The notes: generated by a model from the sequence alone, not told the origin. A stretch of DNA of 64,000 bases from Erythrobacter sp. (GCF_036351135.1 NZ_JAZBON010000022.1:7351-71350), one strand, 5' to 3'; positions 37,549 through 46,783 are shown, counted from the first letter of the stretch. Numbers and translations are program-made.

Positions 37549-39690
37549 GTGGTCGACGACGCGACTGTGCCGCCCGTCGCGGCGCGGGAAAGCGATAGCG
37601 AAGAGCGCCGCCGCAAGCGCGCGAGCGTGTCCGCACGCCTGATCCGCGGAGTGCGCGAGGCTGGCGCGCCGCAGCTGGCCGCGACCGTTTTCTTCGTGCT
37701 CTTCTCGATTTTCATCGCGCGCTACAGCTGGGTCCTGCCCTTCAGCGCCGAACCTACGCCGATTACCAACGATGCCGAGCGCGCGCTCTATGATACGCGC
37801 GCCTATCTTTCCGCGGACTTGGTCGAGCAGGACGATCGTATCATCCTCGTCGTCTACGACGATCAGGCGCTCATCAATCTGGAGAAGCGATCGCCACTGC
37901 CGCGCGATGCCCTATCCGAGGCACTGCGCAACCTAGATGGCATGGGCGCGAAGGCGATCGGCATCGATATCCTGTTCGATCAACCGCAATCCGAAGATCC
38001 CGAGCTGGTCGAGACCTTGCGGGCGATGCAGACGCCGACCTCGGTCGCCTATGCTACGGTGGCCACCAACGAGGCGGACATTTCCTATGAGCAGCAGCTC
38101 TATCTCGACGAGTTCATGGCCGCGATCGAGGAAGGCGACACTGATGTGCGGCGCGCAAGCATTCGCCTTGACGACGAGTTCGGGGCGACCCGGGTCTGGC
38201 CCGACATCGTCCCCGAGCTGCCGCCGCTCCTTGGTCGGGCGATGCTGGCCGATGCCGGTGGGCCCTACGAAGCCTTTGAAGGCTACGAGGGCGCCATCGA
38301 ATATCGCCGGGCCTTGCGGGCTGGTCTCAACGAAGGCGAGGCGGATGCGCGTGCCGATGTCGAGGAACCGCTCTTCCAGACCCTTTCCATCGAGCTGTTT
38401 CTCGATCTCGATCCCGCGGTGGCCGCGTTCGTCGCGCAGCAGATCGAGGGGCGCTATGTCCTCATCGGCGGCGACATTCTCGACTATGACCGGGTGGTGA
38501 CCCCGTTCACGCCCTGGACCGGTTTCGAGCCTTCGGGACTTTCGGTGCACGGCGAGATCATCGCCCAGATGCTCGACGATTCCCCCTTGGTTCAAATACC
38601 AACTTATGCGCTCTGGTTCATGGCGATCCTCGTCGTGGCAAGCGCGGTCGCGGTCGCGCTGCTCGAATGGCCGGCACGAAAGCTCGTGCCCGTGCTGCTT
38701 ACGCTCGGCATTCTCTATCTCGGCTTGCCCTTCCTCCTCCATTTCTACGATGTCGACACCTACGGCTTGCCCGCGGTCGGCTGGCTTGTCGGATGGATCA
38801 TCTCCTTCACCGTCGTCACAGCCGCGGCGCGCGCGGCCGGCGCGGCCAAACGAAGTTTCGCGCAAGGGGCGCTCGGCAAGTACATTCCCGCCGACATCGC
38901 CAATGCCATCATGGAAGAACCCGAACTGCTTTCGCTGGGCGGTGAGAAGCGCAACATCTACGTGCTCTTCAGCGACCTCGAAGGCTTCACCAAGATGAGC
39001 CACGCCATCCCGCCGGAAATGGTCGCCAAACTGCTCAACCGCTATCTGGAAATGCTGAGCAAAGTGGTGCTCGATCATGGCGGAGTGATCGACAAATATG
39101 TCGGCGATGCGGTCGTCGCCTTCTGGGGGGCGCCGATCGCGCGGCCCGACGATGCGCAGCGCGCGGCCAAGGCGGGATACGCGATGTGGCAAGCGGGCGA
39201 GGCGTTTCGCGCGGAGGTCGCCGCGATGGATCCCGACCTGCCGCCGATCGGCAAGACCCGCGTGGGGCTGCATTACGGCGAAGCGGTGGTCGGCAATTTC
39301 GGCGGCGAAACGCGCATCCAATACACCGCTCTCGGCGACAGCATGAACACGGCCGCCCGGCTCGAGGCGGCGAACAAGCCGCTTGGCTCGAACGTCACGG
39401 CGAGCCGCGAATTCATCGAACAGTCGAACCCTGAAGACTGGGTGCCGATGGGTCGGATCGTGTTGCGTGGACGGGCGCGACCGGTCGATATCTATCAGCC
39501 TCGGCCCGACTTGTCGGCCGAGGATCGGCGCAAACTCGAAGAGGCCGTTCAGGTTTCGGATACGAACGCCGTGCTAGCCGCGCGGCTTGTCGACGAAGTC
39601 GCTGCTGGCAATTCGGGCGATTTGGCGCTAGAAAATTACAGCAATCGAATACGACATTTGAACGATGGGGGTGCATATGTTCTCGGTTAG
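37549..39690 (+). CDS. CHASE2 sensor fused to class III adenylate/guanylate cyclase
   Basis: 713 aa, GTG start with GAGGGGGG RBS. CHASE2-like region RIILVVYDDQALINLEKRSPLPR..AIGIDILFDQP, then a three-helix TM block. Cyclase motifs: IYVLFSDLEGFTKMS, DKYVGDAVVAFWGAP, VGLHYGEAVVGNFGG, YTALGDSMNTAARLE. Confidence 0.9.
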   Translation: MVDDATVPPVAARESDSEERRRKRASVSARLIRGVREAGAPQLAATVFFVLFSIFIARYSWVLPFSAEPTPITNDAERALYDTRAYLSADLVEQDDRIILVVYDDQALINLEKRSPLPRDALSEALRNLDGMGAKAIGIDILFDQPQSEDPELVETLRAMQTPTSVAYATVATNEADISYEQQLYLDEFMAAIEEGDTDVRRASIRLDDEFGATRVWPDIVPELPPLLGRAMLADAGGPYEAFEGYEGAIEYRRALRAGLNEGEADARADVEEPLFQTLSIELFLDLDPAVAAFVAQQIEGRYVLIGGDILDYDRVVTPFTPWTGFEPSGLSVHGEIIAQMLDDSPLVQIPTYALWFMAILVVASAVAVALLEWPARKLVPVLLTLGILYLGLPFLLHFYDVDTYGLPAVGWLVGWIISFTVVTAAARAAGAAKRSFAQGALGKYIPADIANAIMEEPELLSLGGEKRNIYVLFSDLEGFTKMSHAIPPEMVAKLLNRYLEMLSKVVLDHGGVIDKYVGDAVVAFWGAPIARPDDAQRAAKAGYAMWQAGEAFRAEVAAMDPDLPPIGKTRVGLHYGEAVVGNFGGETRIQYTALGDSMNTAARLEAANKPLGSNVTASREFIEQSNPEDWVPMGRIVLRGRARPVDIYQPRPDLSAEDRRKLEEAVQVSDTNAVLAARLVDEVAAGNSGDLALENYSNRIRHLNDGGAYVLG

Positions 39691-40429
39691 GAAAAGGGCC
39701 CGCCTGGCGGGTGTCGCCCTGGCGGGCATCATGCTTGCGGGAAGTGCGGCGGCGAATGCCGGCGTGGTGGTCAAGTCGTCCGGTCCGTCTGCGGACCAAT
39801 ATCCGGTGGGAGAGGAAGTCGCCGACAGCTCGACGATCTCGCTGCGCGCGGGCGACAAGATTACCGTGCTGACCGATCGCGGCACGAAGGTCATGCAGGG
39901 ACCGGGCACGTTTCGCGTCGGCGAACGGCCGACCCGAACGCGCGCCCGGCTTACCAACATGACGCGGCGCAACGCGGCGCGCGGCGCCCGCACCGGGGCC
40001 GTGCGCGGCTCGGGCGGCAGCAGCGGCCCGGATACCATTCCCAATCTCTGGCTGGTCGATGTGACGAGGGGCGGGCCGACCTGCCTTTACAATCTCGACC
40101 GCGTCCGTTTGTGGCGCCCGGTCTCGGAAGAGGCGCAGACCTATCGCATCTCGCAGGTGGGTACCAACGAGGCGCTCGACGTGGAATTCGTCGGGACCGA
40201 AAGCGTGCGCGCGCTCGATCCGGCTGGGCTTCAGCTGATGAACGGTCAGAGCTACACGATCACCGGTCCCGCTTCCGAAGGCGGCTCGATGCCCAATGTC
40301 GAGATCAGGGTAATCGAGATGACCGAGGCCTTCCGTCAACCGGCTGAGCTTGCAAGGGCGCTGGTCGCCAACGGTTGCATGTCACAGGTCGCGGTCCTCG
40401 GAAACACCGCCGAAGCCGAGGCGTCGTAG
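39677..40429 (+). CDS. Secreted protein of unknown function, co-transcribed with the CHASE2 cyclase
   Basis: The start at 39677 overlaps the cyclase stop by 14 nt. Signal peptide MFSVRKRARLAGVALAGIMLAGSAAANA. The N-terminal part (ISLRAGDKITVLTDRGTKVMQGPGTFRV) only weakly recalls FecR-type strands. An Arg/Gly-rich linker is followed by a second beta-rich half. Confidence 0.65.
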   Translation: MFSVRKRARLAGVALAGIMLAGSAAANAGVVVKSSGPSADQYPVGEEVADSSTISLRAGDKITVLTDRGTKVMQGPGTFRVGERPTRTRARLTNMTRRNAARGARTGAVRGSGGSSGPDTIPNLWLVDVTRGGPTCLYNLDRVRLWRPVSEEAQTYRISQVGTNEALDVEFVGTESVRALDPAGLQLMNGQSYTITGPASEGGSMPNVEIRVIEMTEAFRQPAELARALVANGCMSQVAVLGNTAEAEAS

Positions 40430-40508
40430 GCGGACTCGCGGGGGCATCGCCCTTCGCCTTTCGGGCCGCATCTTGAAACCGGCGCCGACGCCGCGCATCT
40501 TCGGCTGC

Positions 40509-40871
40509 ATGGCAAGTGAAGCCCGCGGCAACGTAACGATCTGGTTCGACGGCGGCTGTCCGCTGTGCCGGCGCGAGATCGCTCTGATGCGACGCCTCGA
40601 CCAGCGCGGCGCGCTGCGCTTCATCGATGTGGCGCAGGACGAGGCGGCGGGTTGTCCGATCGACCGCGCGGACCTGCTCGCACGCTTTCACGCCCAAGAA
40701 AATGGCCGCGTGTTGAGCGGGGCAGCGGCCTTCGCCGCGATGTGGCGATCGATCCCGCTGCTGCGCCCGCTCGGCCTTTTGGCACGCAATCGCGCGGTGC
40801 TGGCGAGTCTCGAGCGCACCTATAGAGCGTTCCTGCGCGTCCGCCCGCTGCTTCAGCGCGCAATGCGATAG
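40509..40871 (+). CDS. DCC-family thiol-disulfide oxidoreductase (DUF393)
   Basis: The internal start gives 120 aa: VTIWFDGGCPLCRREIALMRRLD..LRFIDV, which is the DxxCxxC signature of this family. Confidence 0.75.
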   Translation: MASEARGNVTIWFDGGCPLCRREIALMRRLDQRGALRFIDVAQDEAAGCPIDRADLLARFHAQENGRVLSGAAAFAAMWRSIPLLRPLGLLARNRAVLASLERTYRAFLRVRPLLQRAMR

Positions 40872-40944
40872 GCAAAAATCGCGCGGACAAACCGTACCCC
40901 GATCGGTTATCGCTGCAGCACCATGGACAGCGAGAGAAGCGGAA

Positions 40945-42108
40945 ATGAGCAATTTCGGCAGCATGCAGAACGCGATCTACAATGCCGGTCTGCAGGGAAT
41001 TCTGCCAGACTACCCGGTGGATTTCGCCACGCTGGAACAGCGCGCGCACGAGGCGCTGGGTCCGATGATGACGAATTACGTTGCGGGCGGCTGCGGCGAC
41101 GAGCACACGCAGGACGTCAATGCCAGCGCCTTTCATCACTGGGGCATGATCCCGCGCATGATGGTAGATTGCTCCGAACGCGACCTGTCGATCGAGCTGT
41201 TCGGCATGGATCTGCCGACGCCTTTGTTTATGGCTCCGATCGGCCTCAACGGCGAAGCGACGCAGGATAGGCATGGCGATATGGCCGCCGCGCGGGCCTC
41301 GGCTGAAACCGGGGTGCCGTTCAGCGTGTCCACCCTCTCCAACGACCCGCTCGAAGACGTCTTCGGCGCCTGTGGCAACACGCCCGCCTTCTTCCAGCTC
41401 TACACGCCGCGCAACCGCGAACTCGCGCAGAGTCTTATCTCCCGCGCCGAGCAGTCGGGCGCCAAGGCGATCATGGTAACGCTCGACACCTGGCTGACCG
41501 GTTGGCGCCCGCGCGATCTCAACGCCAGCAACTTCCCACAGCTGCGCGGCAAGGTTTTGCAGAACTATTTCTCCGATCCGGTTTTCCGCTCGCTGCTGGA
41601 AAAATCGCCCGAAGGCGATCCGAAAGCGGCGATCATGCTGTTCGCCGCGATCTTCGGACAGGTGCTGACCTGGGAGGACATGGCCTGGTTCAAAGACGCG
41701 ACCGACCTGCCGATTGTCCTCAAAGGCATCTGCCACCCGGAAGATGTGCGCAAGGCGATCGATCACGGCGCGGATGCGATCTATTGCTCGAACCACGGCG
41801 GACGGCAGGCGAATGGCGGGATCGCAACCATCGATCTGCTCGCCGATGTCTTCGCTGCGGCGGGCGATGTCCCCGTCCTGTTCGACAGCGGCGTGCGCTC
41901 GGGCACCGATGCGGTGAAGGCGCTGGCCATGGGCGCGCGGGCGGTGGGGGTGGGGCGGCCCTATACCTACGGACTGGCGATCGGCGGGGCGGCAGGCGCG
42001 GCCTGGGTCCTACGCTCGATCCTCGCCGAGGCCGACCTGCTGATGGCGGTCAACGGCTATCCTGATCTGACCGCGTTGCGCGAGGCCGGGGTGCAGCGTA
42101 CCGACTAA
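40945..42108 (+). CDS. FMN-dependent alpha-hydroxy-acid oxidising enzyme (lactate 2-monooxygenase/LldD-like)
   Basis: 387 aa. PTPLFMAPIG, the TIM-barrel pattern, and VLKGI..PEDVRKAIDHGADAIYCSNHGGRQ. Confidence 0.85.
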   Translation: MSNFGSMQNAIYNAGLQGILPDYPVDFATLEQRAHEALGPMMTNYVAGGCGDEHTQDVNASAFHHWGMIPRMMVDCSERDLSIELFGMDLPTPLFMAPIGLNGEATQDRHGDMAAARASAETGVPFSVSTLSNDPLEDVFGACGNTPAFFQLYTPRNRELAQSLISRAEQSGAKAIMVTLDTWLTGWRPRDLNASNFPQLRGKVLQNYFSDPVFRSLLEKSPEGDPKAAIMLFAAIFGQVLTWEDMAWFKDATDLPIVLKGICHPEDVRKAIDHGADAIYCSNHGGRQANGGIATIDLLADVFAAAGDVPVLFDSGVRSGTDAVKALAMGARAVGVGRPYTYGLAIGGAAGAAWVLRSILAEADLLMAVNGYPDLTALREAGVQRTD

Positions 42109-42433
42109 GCTGCGGCAACGGCGGAGCGGCGCGCGCGAAGTCCATATTGCGCGCGCGGTTGTCCACAGTTATGCTTCGCGCCTTCCGCCGACTAACACGG
42201 CGGGGCTTCGGGGGCTGCGACAGGTGGAAAAACCAACCATTACCTCTTCCTCGCCGGATCGGATGGGGCGAACCGTGTGCATGGGTAACGAAATGTCCCG
42301 CCGCGCCCGCTATGGCCGGATCCAACCGATGACAGCGCGAACCGGCTTGCGCGCGATAATCGCGCGGCTGCTCGGCAGGGGCTAACCTATCGAGACGGCA
42401 CTCGTAGTGAGTCAGACAGACTAACCCGTCACC

Positions 42434-43885
42434 TCATGGCGCCGCTTTGGCGACGGTCACCAGCTTGGTCTCAGTGTAGCCGAGATAGCCCTCCATCCCG
42501 CTTTCCGAACCGAACCCGCTATCGCCGACTCCGCCGAAGGGCGTTTCGGGCGAACCGACCGCGAAGTGATTGATCGCGACCATTCCGGCGCGCAGTGACT
42601 TGCCGAGATAATGGCTCTCATCGAGGCTCGAGGTGAAGGCATAGGCGGCGAGACCATAACGCAGCGAATTGGCGATCTTCACCGCCTCGGCGATGTCGTC
42701 ATAGGGGACGATGCCAGCAACCGGGCCAAACGGCTCTTCGGTCATGAGTTTGCTGTTCGCGGCGGGAGAGGCGATCACGGTCGGCTCGAAGAAGTGGCCT
42801 GGACGATCGATCCGCGAGCCACCGCTGACGATTTCTCCAGCACCATCGCCCATCGCGTTCATCAACTCTTCCATCGCCGCGACGCGCCCGCCATGGGCGA
42901 GCGGCCCCATTTCGACACTGTCGTCGCTGCTCGCATCGCCGATCTTGAGCTTCTGTGAGCGCGCCGCGAATTCCTCGACGAAGCGATCGTAGATGCCGCG
43001 CGCAACGAGGAAACGCGTGGGCGAGACGCAGACCTGTCCGGCATTGCGAAACTTGGTCGCCGCGCAGGCTGCCACGGTCCGCTCAAATTCGGCGCTTTCG
43101 CCGATCACCACCGGCGCATGGCCGCCCAGCTCCGGGGTGAAGCGCTTCAGCCCCCGTGCTGCCAAAACGCCGAGCTGCTTGCCGATGGCGGTCGATCCGG
43201 TGAAGCTGACCTTGCGGGTGACGGGCGAGGCGATGAGATGCTCGGAAATCATCGCCGGATCGCCATATACGAGGTTCACCACTCCATCCGGCAGCCCCGC
43301 ATCAGTGAAGCATTGAGCCAGCATCTGTGCGGTCGCAGGCGTGGTTTCGGCGGGCTTGAGGATAGCGCTGCAACCCGCGGCAAGGGCGCCGGCGATCTTC
43401 TTCGCAGGCAGGTTGATCGGGAAATTCCACGGCGTCAGCAGCACGGCCGGGCCGACCGGTTCCTGCGTCACGCGTTGTTCCAGCAGATTGTGACTGCGTA
43501 CCGGCACCAGCCGCCCGCCCTGCCGCTTCGCTTCCTCGGCGAGGAAGTCGATCAGGTCGGCGGCGCCCATCGTTTCGCCCAGGGCCTGCGCATGCGGCTT
43601 GCCCATTTCAAGCGTCATTACCCGGGCGATGGTCTCGGCCCGCTCGCGCAGAAGCTCGGCGGCGGCGCGGATGATGCGATAGCGCTCGATCGCCGGGGTG
43701 TTCGACCATCTGGGGAAGGCTTCATCGGCTGCGGCCAGCGCTGCATCGAGCTGTTCCTTCGACGCCTTGGGCGCCCGGCCGATCTCCTGCTCGGTAGCCG
43801 GATTGACTATCGGCATTGCCCCATCGCCGCCTTCTCCCATCCATTCGCCCCCGATCAACATCTTCACTTGTGGGTAGGCGGTCAT
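42434..43885 (-). CDS. NAD(P)-dependent aldehyde dehydrogenase
   Basis: The track ORF 42434-44143 is over-extended. The start at 43885 (AAGGAG RBS) gives MTAYPQVKMLIGGEW. Motifs: LTPWNFP, FTGSTAIGK, ELGGHAPV, NAGQVCVSPTR, EEPFGPV. Confidence 0.9.
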   Translation of the reverse strand: MTAYPQVKMLIGGEWMGEGGDGAMPIVNPATEQEIGRAPKASKEQLDAALAAADEAFPRWSNTPAIERYRIIRAAAELLRERAETIARVMTLEMGKPHAQALGETMGAADLIDFLAEEAKRQGGRLVPVRSHNLLEQRVTQEPVGPAVLLTPWNFPINLPAKKIAGALAAGCSAILKPAETTPATAQMLAQCFTDAGLPDGVVNLVYGDPAMISEHLIASPVTRKVSFTGSTAIGKQLGVLAARGLKRFTPELGGHAPVVIGESAEFERTVAACAATKFRNAGQVCVSPTRFLVARGIYDRFVEEFAARSQKLKIGDASSDDSVEMGPLAHGGRVAAMEELMNAMGDGAGEIVSGGSRIDRPGHFFEPTVIASPAANSKLMTEEPFGPVAGIVPYDDIAEAVKIANSLRYGLAAYAFTSSLDESHYLGKSLRAGMVAINHFAVGSPETPFGGVGDSGFGSESGMEGYLGYTETKLVTVAKAAP

Positions 43886-44009
43886 ACGGGAACTCCTTGA
43901 TTGAGGGGGTGAGCGAACACGCAATGTGGCGGGCAATGCCCTTCGTTTCAATTGATACATTGTTGCGCGCAGCCTATCGCGGCGTTCAAGCGAAGTGCAG
44001 GAGCGAATC

Positions 44010-45098
44010 ATGCTGGTGGGCGTCCCCAAAGAAATCAAGAACCACGAATATCGCGTCGGTCTGACGCCCGAAGCGGCGCGCGAATATGTTTTCAACGGAC
44101 ACGAGGTCGTCGTAGAAAGCGGCGCGGGATTGGGCATTACCAAGACCGATGACGATTACCGCGCTGTCGGCGCGCGGATCGTCGACAGCGCCGAGGAAGT
44201 GTTCGCCAGTGCCGACATGATCGTCAAGGTCAAGGAGCCGCAGCCGGGCGAATGGGTGCAGCTGCGCGAGGGGCAGATCCTCTTCACCTATCTCCACCTC
44301 GCCCCCGATCCGGATCAGGCGCGCGGCCTGATGGAGAGCGGGGTTTCCGCGGTCGCCTACGAAACCGTCACCGATGCAGATGGTGGCCTGCCACTGCTCG
44401 CGCCGATGAGCGAGGTCGCCGGGCGTCTGTCGATCGAGGCTAGCGCGCAGGCGAGCCACAAGGTGAACGGCGGGCGCGGCATCCTGATGGGCGGGGTGCC
44501 CGGTGTGCTTCCGGCCAAGGTCGTCGTAATCGGCGGCGGCGTGGTCGGGACGCAGGCGGCGCGCATGGCGACGGGGCTGGGCGCCAATGTGGAGATTCTC
44601 GACCGTTCGCTGCCGCGCATCCGCGAGCTCGACGATATGTTCCAGGGGCGGGTGACGACGCGCTATTCCAACGCGCAGACGATCGAATACGCCATCACCG
44701 ATGCCGATGTCGTGGTCGGCGCCGTGCTGATCCCCGGCAAGAACGCGCCGAAGCTGGTGACGCGCCAGATGCTGGGCCTGATGCGCCACCGTGCTGTATT
44801 GGTCGATGTCGCGATCGACCAGGGCGGGTGCTTCGAAACCTCCAAGCCGACGACGCACGAAGACCCGACCTATCTCGTCGACGACGTCATCCACTATTGC
44901 GTCGCCAACATGCCAGGTGCGGTGCCGCATACGTCGAGCTATGCGCTCAACAACGCGACCCTGCCCTATGGACTGGCGCTGGCGGAGCACGGCATCGCCG
45001 CGTGCGAGCGCGACATTCACCTCGCCCCCGGCCTCAACGTGCACAAGGGGCGCATCGTCAACGAAGCGGTCGCCGAAAGCCTCGGTTTCGCGGCCTGA
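44010..45098 (+). CDS. ald: Alanine dehydrogenase
   Basis: The start at 44010 gives MLVGVPKEIKNHEYRVGLTPEAAREYV. Also LVKVKEP and the GGGVVGTQAARMATGLGA Rossmann motif. About 362 aa. Confidence 0.9.
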   Translation: MLVGVPKEIKNHEYRVGLTPEAAREYVFNGHEVVVESGAGLGITKTDDDYRAVGARIVDSAEEVFASADMIVKVKEPQPGEWVQLREGQILFTYLHLAPDPDQARGLMESGVSAVAYETVTDADGGLPLLAPMSEVAGRLSIEASAQASHKVNGGRGILMGGVPGVLPAKVVVIGGGVVGTQAARMATGLGANVEILDRSLPRIRELDDMFQGRVTTRYSNAQTIEYAITDADVVVGAVLIPGKNAPKLVTRQMLGLMRHRAVLVDVAIDQGGCFETSKPTTHEDPTYLVDDVIHYCVANMPGAVPHTSSYALNNATLPYGLALAEHGIAACERDIHLAPGLNVHKGRIVNEAVAESLGFAA

Positions 45099-45114
45099 TC
45101 GCGCGAGCGCCCTT

Positions 45115-46125
45115 CTAGACCTCGACCACGGTCTGCTCGATCGCACCGAAGATCGAGTGGTTGTCCGCATCGCGCATTTCGACCTTGACGGTGTCGCCCG
45201 CGCGCATGAAGCGGGTCGTGGGTTCGCCGTCGCGGATGGTCTCGATCATGCGGATTTCAGCGATGCAGGAGTAACCCGCGCCGCCTTCGCTGACCGGCTT
45301 GCCCGGACCGCCATTTTCGCCCTTGTTGCTGATCGTCCCCGAACCGATGATCGAGCCTGCACACAGCGCGCGTGTCTTGGCGGCGTGGGCGACCAGCTGC
45401 GCCATGTTGAAGGTCGCATCCTCGCCCACCTTGGCACGGCCGAACGGTTCGCCATTGTAGTCGACCATCAGGGGCAGATGGAGAAGGGAGTCCTTCCACG
45501 CATCGCCAAGCTCGTCGGGTGTGACGCAGACCGGGGAGAAGGCGCTTGCGGGCTTGGACTGGAAGAAGCCGAACCCCTTGGCCAGTTCGCCGGGGATGAG
45601 GCCGCGCAGGCTCACGTCGTTCACCAGCATGATGAGCTTGATATGCCCCGCCGCCTCCTCGACCGAGACGCCCATCGGCACATCGTCGACGATCACCGCG
45701 ACCTCGCCCTCCATATCGCAGCCCCATGCGGGATCGCCGAGCGGGATGTCGGCGCGTGGGGGCAGGAAGCCGTCGCTGCCGCCCTGATACATCAGCGGAT
45801 CGTGGTAGAAGCTCTCGGGCACCTCGGCATCGCGCGCTTTCCTCACCAGTTCGACGTGGTTGATGTAGGCCGAGCCGTCGGCCCACTGGTAAGCGCGCGG
45901 CAGGGGTGAGTGCGCCTGCCTCTCGTGAAAGCGCTCACACGGCACCGCCTCATGCTCGACATCGCGCGCCAGCACCTCGAGCTCCGGCGCGATCCGCGCC
46001 CAGTCGTCAAGCGCGGCCTGCAGCGTGGGCGCGATGTAGCCCGCCGCGCAGCAGCGCGTGAGGTCCTTGGAGACGACGACGAGCTTGCCGTCGCGCGTGC
46101 CGTTGTCGAGGGTTGCGAGTTTCAT
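45115..46125 (-). CDS. Fumarylacetoacetate hydrolase family protein
   Basis: The start at 46125 gives MKLATLDNGTRDGKLVVVSKDL. Also DMEGEVAVIV, the NDVSLRG context, and GSGTISN..AGYSCIAE..GDTVKVEM. The track ORF extension to 46413 overlaps maiA. Confidence 0.85.
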   Translation of the reverse strand: MKLATLDNGTRDGKLVVVSKDLTRCCAAGYIAPTLQAALDDWARIAPELEVLARDVEHEAVPCERFHERQAHSPLPRAYQWADGSAYINHVELVRKARDAEVPESFYHDPLMYQGGSDGFLPPRADIPLGDPAWGCDMEGEVAVIVDDVPMGVSVEEAAGHIKLIMLVNDVSLRGLIPGELAKGFGFFQSKPASAFSPVCVTPDELGDAWKDSLLHLPLMVDYNGEPFGRAKVGEDATFNMAQLVAHAAKTRALCAGSIIGSGTISNKGENGGPGKPVSEGGAGYSCIAEIRMIETIRDGEPTTRFMRAGDTVKVEMRDADNHSIFGAIEQTVVEV

Positions 46126-46150
46126 TGGGGATCCTCTTTCGGGCCAGAAG

Positions 46151-46783
46151 TCATAAAGCGTCGGGTTGGTTGTCGGGATGGGCGCGCTGGAAGGCGGGCA
46201 GGGCAAGGCAGGCCCCCTCGATCGCGGTGATGTGGCGATAGTCGGTGAAGGCGAAGTCGAAGCGGCGCGCATTGTAGACCTGCGGCAGCAGCACGACCTC
46301 GAACAGGCCCGGCGTTTCTCCGAGGAAACGCTTCGTCCCGAGCTGCGCCAGTCGGGCCTCGACCGGCGAGAGCGTGCGTTCGAGCCAATGGCGATACCAC
46401 ACGCCGATCTCATCCGGCGATTTGCCGTATTCCTGTTTCAGCCACTTCAGCACCGGCAGGTTGAGCGGGGCGTGCAGTTCGGTCGCGATCGCGTATGCGA
46501 GTTCGCGCACGGTATATCGCTCCTCCGCATCGCCCGGCAGCAGGGCCGGTTCGGGATAGGCCTCGTCCAGCCATTCGAGCATCGCCATCGACTGCGCACG
46601 GTCGCGCCCGTCGGCCTCGAGCATGGGCACCGAGGCGAACGGATTGCGGCTGGTATAGGCCGCGTCCTTCTCCTCCGCCTCGAGCAGGTTCACCGGCAGG
46701 TTCTGGTAGTCGAGCCCCTTCAGTTCGAGCGCAATGCGCATCCGGTAGGAGGTGGACGAGCGGTAGTAGCCGTAGAGCTTCAT
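46151..46783 (-). CDS. maiA: Maleylacetoacetate isomerase (zeta-class GST)
   Basis: 210 aa. MKLYGYYRSSTSYRMRIALELKGLDY...NPFASVPML is the typical zeta-GST N-terminus. The gene lies adjacent to the FAH-family gene. Confidence 0.85.
   Translation of the reverse strand: MKLYGYYRSSTSYRMRIALELKGLDYQNLPVNLLEAEEKDAAYTSRNPFASVPMLEADGRDRAQSMAMLEWLDEAYPEPALLPGDAEERYTVRELAYAIATELHAPLNLPVLKWLKQEYGKSPDEIGVWYRHWLERTLSPVEARLAQLGTKRFLGETPGLFEVVLLPQVYNARRFDFAFTDYRHITAIEGACLALPAFQRAHPDNQPDAL

Noticed and set aside
39677-40429. Calling the secreted 250-aa protein a second FecR-domain (or DUF928-like) protein.
   Set aside because: The resemblance is limited to one short strand pattern (ISLRAGDKITV...GPGTFRV). 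I cannot support a family assignment without a profile search, so it is left as unknown.
20700-40500. The secretion/signalling block as a horizontally acquired mobile island.
   Set aside because: I could see no integrase, transposase, flanking tRNA or direct repeats at the borders, and the composition looks like the rest of the window. This cannot be excluded without a proper GC/k-mer analysis and comparison with related genomes.
42159-42167. TTGTCCACA, a one-mismatch DnaA-box-like sequence in the 325-bp gap at 42109-42433.
   Set aside because: It is a single copy with no cluster of boxes, no AT-rich unwinding element and no nearby replication genes, so it is most likely chance.
42147-42332. 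61-aa plus-strand ORF in the same intergenic gap.
   Set aside because: No RBS, an Arg/Cys/Trp-rich composition and no family features; probably non-coding.
42350-42366. Perfect 17-bp palindrome CGCGCGATAATCGCGCG about 68 nt downstream of the aldehyde dehydrogenase stop, and a GC-rich imperfect hairpin at about 42130-42158 after the alpha-hydroxy-acid oxidase gene.
   Set aside because: These are plausible terminator hairpins, but they lack U-tracts and recur nowhere else in the window, so the evidence is too weak to call a regulatory site.
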